Source of the DNA: Takakia lepidozioides
Lineage: Eukaryota > Plantae > Bryophyta
Assembly (NCBI GenBank): GCA_030704615.1
Contig: CM060734.1
Location: 48,422,001-48,486,000, forward strand
Length of the DNA: 64,000 bases
Direction: 5' to 3'
The translations under genes were made by a program, and so were the position numbers. The notes beneath the pieces are model-generated. The model was given only the letters and a program-made list of their open reading frames with translations, was not told the origin of the DNA and ran no database searches. Below are positions 24,560 to 35,762 of the stretch, piece by piece (the first letter of the stretch is position 1; each line of letters opens with the position of its first letter).

Positions 24560-26570
24560 TCAGAAAGTGGGGGGCCGTCCGGATGATGACGGCTGAATGG
24601 GAGAAGCCGGCACCGTGCCGTCACATTACTATTCCCAAATAGAAATTCGGCACCCAATATCCAACAGGGGAAGCCCGGATGAAGTTGCCTCGGGCACAGA
24701 GGCCGGCGCGTGTGCGACAGAGAACATCCCCTGGATGGAGATTCGGCGCCGAATTTCCATCCGGGCCCCCCCAAAGGAAGTCGTGTCGGGGGGTCAGGCC
24801 GAAAAGTGGCCGGCATAAAAACATCCCCAGATGGAAAAACGGCGCCGAATTTCCATCCGGGGCGGTTCGGATGTACTCGGGGAGGGGGGAGAGGCCGGGC
24901 ACTTGGCCGTCACATTTCAACCCCCGGACGGAAATTCGGTACCGAATATCGAACAGGGGACGCCCGGATGAAGTTGCCTCGGGCGTAGAGGTCGGCACGT
25001 GTTCGACAGAGAGCATCCCCTGGATGGAGATTCGGCGCTGAATTTCCATCCGGGCCCCCCCAAAGGAAGTCGTGTCGGGGGGTCAGACCGAAAATTGGCC
25101 GACATAAAAACCTCCCCAGATGGGAAAACGGCGCTGAATATCAATCCGGGCCCGTTCCAATGCAGTCGGGGAGGGGGGAGAGGTCGGCACCTGGCCGTCA
25201 TATTTCAACCCCGGACGGAAATTCGGCACCGAATATCCAACAGAGCGGCGCGGAGAGGCCGGCACCTCTCCGACAGAGACCATCCCCCGGATAGAAATTC
25301 GGCGCCGAATTTGCATCCAGCAGGTAAGTGCAATCCCGGATGGATGGAAATTCGGCGCCGAATGGAATTCCGGCGCCGAATTTCCATCCAGCACGTAAGT
25401 GGAATCCCGGATGGATCGAAATCCGGCGCCGCATTTCCATCCTGCAGGTAATTCGAATCCCCGATGGATGGAAATCCGGCGCCGAATTTCCATCCTGCAG
25501 GTAATTCGAATCCCGGATGGATGGAAATTCGGCGCCGAATTTCCATCCAGCAGGTAAGTGGAATCCCGGATGGATGGAAATCCGGCGCCAAATTTTCCAT
25601 CCAGCAGGTAAGTCGGATCGCTGGCGTTGGATATTCGGCGCCGAATTCCATTCACCAGGTATTTCATCGCTCAGAATTACCTTCCTGCAGGTAATTCTGA
25701 TCGATGAAGGTAGGAAGGTAATTCCTCGCTCAGAATTACCTGCAGGAAGGTAATTCTGAGCGATGAAATACCTGGTGAATGGAAATTCGGCGCCGAATAT
25801 CCATACGCCAGCGATCCGACTTACCTGCTGGATGGAAATTCGGCGCCGGATTTCCATCCATCCAGGATTCGAATTACCTGCAGGATGGAAATTAGGCGCC
25901 GGATTTCCATCCATCCGGGATTCGAATTACCTGCAGGATGGAAATTCGGCGCCGGATTTCCATCCATCCGGGATTCGAATTACCTGCTGGATGGAAATTC
26001 GGCGCCGGATTTCCATCCATCCGGGATTCCACTTACCTGCTGGATGGAAATTCGGCGCCGGATCTCCATCCATCCGCTCTCTGCCCAACCTTGCGGATGG
26101 AAATCCGGCGCCGGATTTCCATCCATCCGCCTGCGAATTACCTGCGTGAGGGAAATTTGGCGCGCCGCCCTACCTGCGCGGATGGAAATCTGGCGCCGGA
26201 TTTCCATCCATCCGCTTCTGAATTACTTGCGTGAGGGAAATTTCCAGCACCGCCCTACCTGCGCGGATGGAAATCCAGTGCCGGATTTCCATCCATCCGC
26301 TTCTGAATTACCTGCGTGAGGGGAATTTGGCGCGCCGCCCTACCTGCGCGGATGGAAATCCGGCGCCGAATTTCCATCCATCCGCTTCTGTATTACCTGC
26401 GTGAGGGAAATTTCCAGCGCCGCCCTACCTTGCTGGATGGAAATTCGGCGCTGAATTTCCATCCTGCTGCGCTCCGAATTACCTGCCGGATGGAAATCCG
26501 GCGTCGGAATTCCATCGTGCAGCGCTCCGAATTACCTCTACGTTGGAAATTCCGGGCCTCTTTACGTTGA
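24560..26570. repeat. Array of palindromic GATGGAAATTCGGCGCCGAATTTCCATC units (~290-bp and ~54-bp periods) containing a long inverted repeat centred near 25715
   Basis: Perfect 30-bp palindrome at 25519-25548. Arms ~25300-25700 and ~25730-26070 are reverse complements. Lies between the two divergent MULE genes. Confidence 0.92.
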
Positions 26571-27299
26571 TTTTCATCCGACATGGAGGGCTTCATCCGA
26601 CATTTAATTGCACAGTTGGGCAATAAATGTCCACCGCCGTCGGTTTTCATTCGGGCTGGCGACACATGGCTTCCTGGATACGTACCCTAAATCTCATGCT
26701 AATCTTGGCTTAACATGCTATTCGAGGCATGTACCCCAAAAACAGAGATCTTTTTGGCTGGGACTTATGCCGCCTGAAGGGCGTGGCTCTCCTGAGAGAG
26801 ACCTCACATCCAGACCGCGGCGGAAGTTGAAAGCTCTGTACTACGGACGACGGCCAATCTCTCGCATGGCCAAACTGAAGCTCCAGCAAGAGATTCCAGT
26901 GTCTTGCTCACAACCCGCGCCAACTGAAGCCGAGTACTCTCAGGCAAGCCACTTCTGCTTTCGGTTTGTTCGATTTTTTTTTTGCTTTCGCTTTGTTACC
27001 TCGCTTTGTTTTTGCATCTTCATCCTGGCTTCGCTGGATGAGTGAACTTTAGATAATTGAGTGAACCTTAGATTGTTTGCAATGCGTGTGCAAATCCGGC
27101 AGCTCTGGAGAAGGCTGCTTGTGCATGTCATTCTCAGGCAATGGTTGCATTTGTTTTCATTGTTGTTGCATGGCTCTCCATACTTCCTAAACTTGTTATG
27201 TTTTCATTTTTGCTACACAATTGTTGCTATGGTGGTTGCGCTGCTCGTTGCGATGCTGGTTTTTGCACCGATGTTGGTTTTCACGATTTTTGTCGACGA

Positions 27300-30200
27300 C
27301 GAGCCCGGCACGCTGGTGGTATCATCGACAGCTCCAACTCATCCCATGTTTGAATCGCCCAACTTGGGGCGAGAGGGCAAACTTAAACCTTTTGTTGGTG
27401 GACGGGAGGACTTGCAACGAGAGTACGACAGAATAGGCATTGGGGAGGTTGGTGCAGGCGGCATGGCAGGTGAAGGGCGTGAGGACATGAGGACAGCAGA
27501 TCCGGCAATGGAGGTTGTTCATGCACATGCAGTAGGGCCCGCCCACGCAAAGAAAAAGAAGAAAGCTAAGCACATGCAATCCCCGGCGAGAGAGCCGTCA
27601 CGGGCTGCGGAGGGGGAGTGAGCAGTGCGCGCGAGGGTGTCAGTTCGCCTCAATCAAAGGTGGTTGTCCTGGAGGGCTCCCCTGCTGCTAGCCCTAGTAA
27701 GAAACAGAAAGCCCGTGAGAGGGCAAAAGAGAGGGCAAAAGAACAGACGAGACAGAATGCTAGCCAGGAGGAAAGAGAAAAGGCAGCTGAAGAGGCCAGG
27801 GGTGCCCAAATGACAGATGCCAATGTAAGCGAGGGACGCACAGAGATGGTGGATCCCTCCAAGACACCACAGAGAGGCAGTAACACACCGGTTAGACCAT
27901 CGCGGGCAAGAGCAGCCCCTGCAATTACCCATACGGTGGAGAGTGGAGGAGAGGAAAGAACACCAGAAAGAGCACGGATTGTGCAAGTTCGAGGTGAAGC
28001 CAGGGAGAGGGTAGTAGAGACGGGGAGAGTACTGGAGGTGGTTTCGCAGGTGGCTGACCCTGTTGAGGAGGACGACAGGGAGCTTTCTGACCAGGATGAC
28101 ATCCTCCCGGACATCCCCAGGCCCCAAACCCGGAGCATACAGGCTGGATTTGGCGGTCCTGGTGGGCTGCCGGAAAACCCCTCTGCAGCAGACGTCATGT
28201 CTGAGGCGGATATGAAGTTGGCCGCTGCCAAGATGTTGGAGGCAACCCACAGCAACATTGGCAGGGTGCTGGGGGGCATGGTGTACCCGGCCAAGCTTTG
28301 AATTCCCCTTTGCCGCTTGGTGTCATTGCAGGTGGTGAGACCTGCCCTCCCAGGCGATATCGACAAGCTGAAATTCTCTTTCCGGGATGGATATCGAATG
28401 GGGTCTGCCGCGTTTTACGTTTCCATTGAGAACGACCACGGAGCTTCCCGTGCCCACACTTCTGATGAGGTGGACAAATGGGGTCCCCATTGGCAAACGC
28501 GAAATGAGGAGTTCGAGAGATCGATTGCTAGTGATCCTCTTTTCCAGCACTTGTCCGGTAAGATGTTCTACGTGTGGGACGGCAATCATCGCCTCCTGGC
28601 ATGGATGGAGCACATTGCCCAAGCCCACCCCAACGACCTCGATTGGCATTTTGCCGTGGATTGTGTTGTGCTGAAGGTTGCAGGGCCCAAAGATCGCAGT
28701 CTTCTCAAAGCTGCAATGGCCGACATCAACTCGTAAGCTACAACCCCTCTCGCTTTTGGACTTTGAATTTGGAAGTCATTTCATTGCGAATCCTCATATA
28801 TGATGGAAATTCCCATTTCAGTATTGTTTGATGCAAATGTGGCACTGCAGGGTGACTGAGAATGCCTTCATTGCCACCAACTTGTCCCATATGCTCTTCC
28901 GAGTGAAGGATGTCGGGAAGTAGGGGGTGCAAGAGTTTGCCAATTCCCTCAGTGCCGACCTCCTGCGCAAGTCGGAGGCAAAGGCAGACAGAACCTGGTA
29001 TAGGCTGAGCGTCGACGCCATGGTGGACTACATATTTCGGGTAAAGCTCCTGACAGTTTTGTTGAGCTAATCTGTCTCTCCTCCCCCAATAGAAGAAAAG
29101 GTCTTCGCCGTGATTTCTAATCTCCTCCCCCAATAGAAGAAATTGTGTTGAGCAGGATCTCTAATCTTATGTGCGCATTCTTGACAGACGAAAATACAGC
29201 AGGATTTGGCACATGCGCGGAGGTTCTACATGGAGTCAGAGGAGTCGAATCCAACCCTCCCAGAACTTGAATCGTATGTCAAAGCTACGGAGGTGAGGGC
29301 CCGCATAAAGTACAAGTCGCGGATGGTAAAGTACGTGGCCATAGCTGATCCCGCCCTTGGTGCCGACTTTCTGGTGGAGGTGGGGAAGCACTACTCTCGC
29401 GCTCTGAAGCCCACGATGACATTGGAGAAGCTCCATCGTCTAGCCACATCCTGTGTGGATGCAACAGAAAAGGTGATACATTCTTAACCAAATTGTGGTG
29501 GCAACAACCCCTTTGTGGTGTTTGGCGCTTACGAATATGCTGGGTGGTTGGACAGACCCGGTGGCTCCAAATCTGGAATGGTTCCCAAAGTACCAGGGAC
29601 ATGTGGAGCTTCCCCAAACCGGACAAACTCTCTGACCCCACATTCGACATGTGGATGAACCGCATGACATGGTGGTTTCAGGTACTTCCCCACGCTTCGT
29701 TTGGGGCTTCTACTCTAGTAGGGGGTGGATTCATTGTATTTTTTGAGGAAAACGATCTGATGGAGAATCTCCACAGGTGACGACGAATGCGCAAGAGCAG
29801 CTGGACACACAAGCACATCAGTTCAAGATGGAGATATCTCCTGCAGCAGAGAGCCTACGTGACTATGTGACGAGGTACTTTCTGCTCTACAAAACCAACC
29901 TATTCTTTCGGGAGATAGCAGATGCTCGGCGGAGCCACGAGTTCACAGACCAGCCGAACGCGGACAAAGCAGCAATGCGCCTTCTGTACAGGTACATACG
30001 CGCTGTCTTTCTTTCAAGTCCTTGCATTTCAGGATGTTAGAGGCCTCATGTGGTGTTAGGGAAAATGGCGCGGAATTTCCAGTCAGGGCTCCGAAAATGG
30101 CCAAGTCCCGGCGCCGTTTTCCAGTTCCAGGCCCTATTGCCGTTCAGGGACTTGGCCATTTTCGGGCTAAGTCCCTAGGGTGGCTGGCCCCGAACTGGAA

Positions 30201-33186
30201 ATTCGGCGCCATTTTCCAGTTCTAGGCCCTATTGCCGTTCAGGGAATTAGCCATTTTCGGGCTAAGTCCCTAGGGTGGCTGGCCCCGAACTGGAAATTCG
30301 GCGCCATTTTCCAGTTCTAGGCCCTATTGCCGTTCAGGGACTTAGCCATTTTCGGGCTAAGTCCCTAGGGTGGCTGGCCCCGAACTGGAAATTCGGCGCC
30401 ATTTTCCAGTTCTAGGCCCTATTGCCGTTCAGGGACTTAGCCATTTTCGGGCTAAGTCCCTAGGGTGGCTGGCCCGAAACTGGAAATTCGGCGCCATTTT
30501 CCAGTTCTAGGCCCTATTGCCGTTCAGGGACTTAGCCATTTTCGGGCTAAGTCCCTAGGGTGGCTGGACCGGAACTGGAAATTCGGCGCCATTTTTCTAG
30601 TTCTAGGCCCTATTGCGGTTCTGGGACTTAGCCATCTTCGGGCCAAACCGGGGAAAATGGCGCCGAATTTCCAGTTCAGGGCTCCCAAGATGGCTAAGTC
30701 CCTAGGGTGGCAGTCACCGAAAACCGAAATTCGGCGCCATTTTTCCATTTCTAGGCCCACTCACATCCGCCCCAACCTGGGAAAATCGGAATATGCATTT
30801 CAGGGACCTCATTGTGTTTTTCATGAATGCAGGTACTGCAAGTTCATCCTTTTGGAGAAAGGTCATCTGTCTTTCGAGCCACCATTCTTCCTGGCATGGA
30901 GGAACCCTGGGGCTGACTCCATGTACACTGACGATATTGTGAAGGAGTGGCATCTGGAACATTTGCGTGATTGCCCTTGGTATGTGGACCTTCCGCCCGG
31001 CTCGCTCGACCCATCCGAGTTTCAATTGAAGCTGGATGCTGAATTCCGACGAAACCGGGCTCCGCTGCCTCCGTTGGGTGCAAAAGAGGCAAAAGCGCTT
31101 GCGAACTCCAGGAAAGCGGCAGAGCTTGCTCAGGCAGGAATTCAGGAGAAATTGCATGAGAAGAGTAAAGGCCAAAGGAAAAGGACAAGGAAACATGTGA
31201 GTGCAGTAACACCCAAAAAGAAGAAAACCATCGGGGCATCGGAGGAGGCGTAGGAAGGGACCCAAGAGAGTGACTCGGACGACGACTTTGTTCAAGGTCC
31301 TGCGACTGCTGTTGCTCCTACCCAGTCACCGGTCGTCCGGGTTCCCAAGTCAGTTCGGAGTGGGACTGGCTCTGCCAAGAAGTTGGCATTTGAGGGCGAG
31401 CCTACACAGCGGTATTCGGCGGTGACGTTTACGCACAAGCCAAAGCTAGAACCTCCAACCATCATCCAATGCGTCAATGAGAGCTTCTTTGACGCTCTCG
31501 CTGCCAGGTCGAAGAAGGTGGCACACAACAAGTCTCTGGCGGAGCAGAAGGGGAAAGCCAAGAAGAGGGCTGGCGGTACAGAGCCTAAAGACACCCCTGG
31601 TTTTGAAGCCATGATGGAATTCTTCACGGCTGTGAGCACGAATTGCAAGAGCACTCGGGGGGGGGGGGTTGAGGTGGAGAGAGCTTGCGACATGATTCTC
31701 CTCGATATTCCAGATGGGGAGCTGCTGGAGGGCCTGGATGGTGTGCCCACCTGGAACAGGTTTACTGAGGACTACTGGAAAGCCGAGTTTGTGCTGGCGG
31801 GGATGCTTCTGGATGACGGTGGATGTGTGGTTGTCCTTGCCACGAGAGGGAAGACCACAGAGAATGCGGTGGCAAGTTGGACACCGAAAAGTGTCACCCC
31901 GGTCCTCCTCAGAAAATGGTTCTGCATCAGTACGCAGGGGTTGCGAACAGAGGGCCAAAGTGTAAGTTATCAATCTATTGCATTCACTTCATATTGTGGT
32001 GTATGTTAAGTAGACCATGGAGTTGATCCCTTCTTTGTTGGATGTGCAGACATTGGTGTTTGAGGCATATTGCTTTGTGAAGAGAGGGTCTACGTTCAAA
32101 TTCCGCAACGACGGTCGTCTTGTTGATGCCGCTGTGGACCCTGTAACCTATGATGTCCTCTACAACTATGTGCCCCACTCTAGTATGCCGAAGGACACAA
32201 AGACAGGCAAACCGTGGCGGTACAGCCGGACCCGGAGCCCTGCTTTCATCCAAACCCTCATGGAGACGTGCTCGGATGTCCAAGGGCGGATTCTGGACCT
32301 CACATGCGGCACGGGTAAGCCTTCACGTGCTCAGTTTGTCCCCTGGCCCGATTGCAATTGCATGCCGCAAGCTATTAACCGCCCGCTTTGTTCCTCAGGT
32401 GCTTCAATGTGGGCAGGGACGTTGTCCGACAGGCATGTGTTCGCCTTCGAGCCAGATACTGCCCTCCACAACTCCGAACTTGCAGCGGCTGAACGTCTGC
32501 CGAAAGAGGAAGAGGCATCCTCGGAGGATGAGGAAAAATCCGAGAAGGAGCAGGGGGAGGAAGTTGGGATCGAGGCCGAGGAGCCCCCGGTTTACGAGTG
32601 AGTGGTGGCATTGTAAGTTGCCTCCAGATTTCATGAGGCACCTCCCTCCGCTCTCTTATTTCATTGAAAACCCTTTGTGGTTGTGCTGGTATTGACATTC
32701 TTGAAGTGGATTTGTTCTTACTGTAGGATGCCAAGTACTGCCAGAGGGACGTCTACACCGGAGTTCATGGGCAGGAGGAACGTGTCTTTTTTTGCCAGGG
32801 GGGATTTCATGCCTAGTCCAGAAAGGGAATACATCCTTCCTACTTATGCTGCCCGGCTTGCTTCGGTGTCCATTAGGAGGTGTTCCGAACGTAGTCATGT
32901 ACAGCAGATTTTAGACGAGGCAAGCCTCAAGAAAATGAAGATGAGGGAGGAGGCAGCAGCTATTAGAGCCCGTCGGGCTCGTAGATTTGTCTTGGATTCT
33001 GCTGAGGAAAGTGGGGGAGAAGACGCAGAAGATTCCCAGGAGGTGAGGTGGACAGTCCCCCAAGGAGAGGACGGGATTTTTGAGAGGCATAGTGGAACTG
33101 ATGCATCATAGAGCTCGGAGGACGAGGGGGATGAGGGGGATGAGGAAGAAGGTGGGGCAAGTTCCTCGGAGGGTGTAGGAGAGTAG
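27300..33186 (+). pseudogene. MULE accessory gene, ~9 exons: low-complexity N-terminus, ParB/Srx-like domain, C-terminal beta-class N6A/N4C DNA-methyltransferase-like domain
   Basis: IPLCRLV..VRPAL..DIDKLK..GY..FYV...FYVWDGNHRLLAW (28302-28610); CDMILLDIPDG (~31686-31718); LLDDGGCVVVL; spliced RSPAFIQTLMETCSDVQGRILDLTCGTG|ASMWAG..DRHVFAFEPD (GT-AG intron 32315-32398). In-frame stops at 28299, 28921, 31251 and 33109, and a frameshift near 27618. The start is approximate. Confidence 0.78.
30060..30760. repeat. 95-bp tandem repeat (~5.5 copies plus inverted flanking copies) within intron 29992-30832
   Basis: TGGAAATTCGGCGCCATTTT starts at 30196, 30291, 30386, 30481 and 30576. Splicing joins LLY-R-YCKF. 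Confidence 0.93.
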
Positions 33187-33413
33187 TGCCCATTCCGGCT
33201 ATGACAGTTAGAACACACTTGTATAGACGTGGCTTGCCACAAAATTTGCAATAAAATGTTGCATTTCAAGTCCACTGGTGCCACATTCCAACTTCACATG
33301 ACCCTATTTCCGTGCCTCCTAACCCTATTTCCGTGGACTCACAATGGTCTGCTCATGCTTTTTTTTTTTCCGCTCATGCTCATGTCGCTCATGAAATAGC
33401 AGCCCCCCCAAAC

Positions 33414-34158
33414 TGTCAAGGACGAGAACATGACTGAACACAAACATGAGATCAGACTAGAGGTACAAGACTAGACAAAAAATCAACGTCGGCGTGGCCG
33501 AATGCATGGTGGGTAAACATGAATCAAGAACGATCTTTATAACAATGGACAAAAGTACAAGATACTGGAACTCGACTCGAATACTGGAATGCTGGAAACT
33601 GGACTGGGTACCAGATACTGGAAACTGGACTGGAGTACTGGAAGCTCGACTAGAGTATTGGCACTGGGAACAAGAGTAGCTTGAACTTGTGCTGGCGAGA
33701 CTGAAGAGTGTCCAGTCTCACCTCCTATATATACTGGCTACTTGGAGGTTCCCTAAGAGGCTTCCCCAAATGAGGTTTCTTGATGGAGAAGTTTCCAAGG
33801 TTAAACAAAGGTTTCTTGATGGAGAAGTTTCCTAAAACAAAGGAGGTATCTTGATGGAGAAGTTTCCTTAAACAAAGGGGGTATCTTGATGGAGAAGTTT
33901 CCTAAAACAAAGGAGGTATCTTGATGGAGAAGTTTCCTTAAACAAAGGGGGTATCTTGATGGAGAAGTTTCCTCGAAAAGAAGCTTCTTGAGCAGTTTCC
34001 CAAGTTACTCTCGGTAATTGGGTAAACTCCTGATAACTTGATAACTAATAGTAACTTATGGTAAATCATGGTAGATCACGGTAACTTTTGATAACATGAT
34101 AACTTGGTAACTTCTAGTATTTACTCCTGGTAAGTTCCTCTGGGCTATGTCCGTGACA
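33414..34158 (-). mobile_element. 5' LTR of the Ty3/gypsy element (745 bp)
   Basis: Terminal inverted repeats TGTCAAGGAC...GTCCGTGACA, TATATATA at 33726-33733, and followed on the minus strand by GTTTGG (start of the PBS). Confidence 0.9.
33775..33972. repeat. ~35-bp tandem repeat (about 6 copies) in the LTR U3 region
   Basis: Repeated TCTTGATGGAGAAGTTTCC...AAACAAAGG. Confidence 0.9.
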
Positions 34159-34349
34159 ACACATGCCACAACGACGGGTCAACGGGGAGACGAATGCGCT
34201 GCAGACGAGGCAGCGCAACTTGGCGCTCACGCCACGTCAGCGTGGGTGCAGGCTCACGCCATGTCAGCTGGTGTGAGCGTACGCTCACGCCACGTCACTC
34301 CTGCGTGAGCGTACGCTCGCGCGCTCACGCCATTGCGTCGTTGCAGTTG

Positions 34350-34870
34350 ACTAGAGGTCTGGATGCCCAACATGCTCGTTCACCCTGCCTCTTGTAAAGT
34401 AATCCAAGGTGCCCCCATTCGGCGTCAAATGTGGAGAAAAGGGCAGCCCCCTATTCCTCAGAGCATCTGCGTACTGTGCCCAACAAGACCCCCCACAATT
34501 TGTGCCCTTCAACCATTAAGTCAAAGAAAATATTGGCCATTGCTCCTTTAACACAAATGGGTTTGTTATCAAAGACTAAAGCACATCGAGCCTTCCAGAT
34601 GTGGCACAGCCCCAGACCTCGAAGCGCATGCCAAACTTGACAAGACTGCCAGGGAACAAAGCGGAGATATTAAGTAACATAATAAGAGGATCCCTGCAAT
34701 CATAAATCTGCCAGTTCCTGTACAAGGTATGAACCTTGGACCAAATTGAGGCCGCAAAGGGACAAGTCAAGAAGCAGTGCTGAAAGGTTTCAATTTGCCC
34801 CAAAGAACAAGACCTGCACACATTGTTAGGACCGGGCTGAGAAAAGGATAAAGGAAGAATCTTGTTGCAT
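34350..34870 (-). mobile_element. LINE 3' fragment (zf-RVT) abutting and truncating the PPR gene
   Basis: CRSCSLGQIETFQHCFLTCPFAASIW...IWKARC; same family as 62330-63545. Confidence 0.75.
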
Positions 34871-35762
34871 AGCTCAGGATCACATCTGGTACGATTCCAG
34901 CTCTGACGATGTCGCCATGCACCTCTTTGCTCTTTTCCAGGGCTGCCAGGCTTGCACACGCAATGCAATCGCACACAAACGTGATGTGGTCGGGCTTCAT
35001 CCCTTCACACATCATTTGCTCATACGTCTCCAAAGCCTCCATCCCGCGCCCTTGCTGTGCATACCCTGCGAGCATTGCACTCCACGACACCACATTTCGT
35101 TCAGCCATATTGTTGAACACCCCCTTTGCATCCTCGATGCTCCCACATTTGGCATACATGTCCACCAGGGCAGTGTTCAGGATCACATCTGGTACGATTC
35201 TAGCTCTGACGATGTCACCATGCACCTCTTTGCCCTTTTCTAGGGCTGCCAGGCTTGCACAAGCACTGCAAACACACACAAACGTGATGTGGTCGGGCTT
35301 CACCCCTTCCCCCATCATTTGCTCATAGGTCTCCAAAGCATTCCTACCACACCCATGCTTGGTAAATCCTCCCAACATTATATTCCACATGATCAAAGAT
35401 CGTTGAGGCATTCTATAGAACACTTGGTGAGCATCCATGATGCTCCCGCACTTAACATACATGTTGACAAGGGTGTTGAGGAGAATAACATTTGGCGTGA
35501 ATCCACTTTAGATAATGTGAGTTTGCACCTGCTTTTCAGCTTCCAGGCCTTTCACCTTGATGCACTTATGCAAGAGACAGACATAGGTATCTGAATCTGC
35601 TGAAATGCCTCCTTGGTTTAAAGTCTGTAGAGCCTCTGTCAGTCTGCCTGCCTCACAAAGCATCTTCACATTCCCATAAGTGCCAGAAGAGGCATTGTGG
35701 ACTCCCTCTCTTGATCCACTTCCAGAAGCTGTGGTCATGATTGAGGTGCCTGGTTTTATCAA
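34870..35762 (-). pseudogene. PLS-class pentatricopeptide repeat (PPR) gene fragment
   Basis: Repeated NTALVDMYAKCGS.EDA..VF..M.ERNVVSW.AM..GY and KPDHITFV motifs. In-frame TAA at 35508-35510; 3' truncated. Confidence 0.9.

Larger units (their letters stand above)
21931..33407 (-). mobile_element. Proximal part of a ~13.4-kb Mutator-like element (MULE)
   Basis: TIR GGGGGCTGCTATTTCATGAGCGACATGAGC (minus strand from 33407) versus GAGGTTTGCTATTTCATGAGCATGAGC (from 19578); 9-bp TSD ACAGTTTGG at both ends; MULE transposase present. Confidence 0.9.

Noticed and set aside
24496-26665. Many overlapping ORFs with MEIRRRISIH repeats
   Set aside because: They are artefacts of translating a palindromic repeat array on both strands.
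27650-28366. Long minus-strand ORFs (238 and 198 aa)
   Set aside because: They are antisense shadows of the plus-strand accessory gene, with no motifs of their own.
24560-30760. CRISPR-like array (palindromic repeats at regular spacing)
   Set aside because: The spacers are themselves repeated, there are no cas genes, and the context is eukaryotic and intronic. These are tandem repeats.
27300-33186. Bacterial or phage contamination as the source of the ParB-MTase
   Set aside because: The gene has GT-AG introns and lies between MULE TIRs with a TSD, inside a plant retrotransposon.
33409-34163. Solo LTR interpretation
   Set aside because: The flanks do not form a TSD, and the LTR continues into PBS sequence interrupted by the MULE.
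34160-34355. Helitron 3' end (GC hairpin then CTAG)
   Set aside because: CTAG is followed by A rather than T, and there is no 5' TC end or Rep/helicase. Unsupported.
35508-35510. Stop codon in the PPR gene repaired by U-to-C RNA editing
   Set aside because: That editing is organellar. This is a nuclear, 3'-truncated gene fragment.
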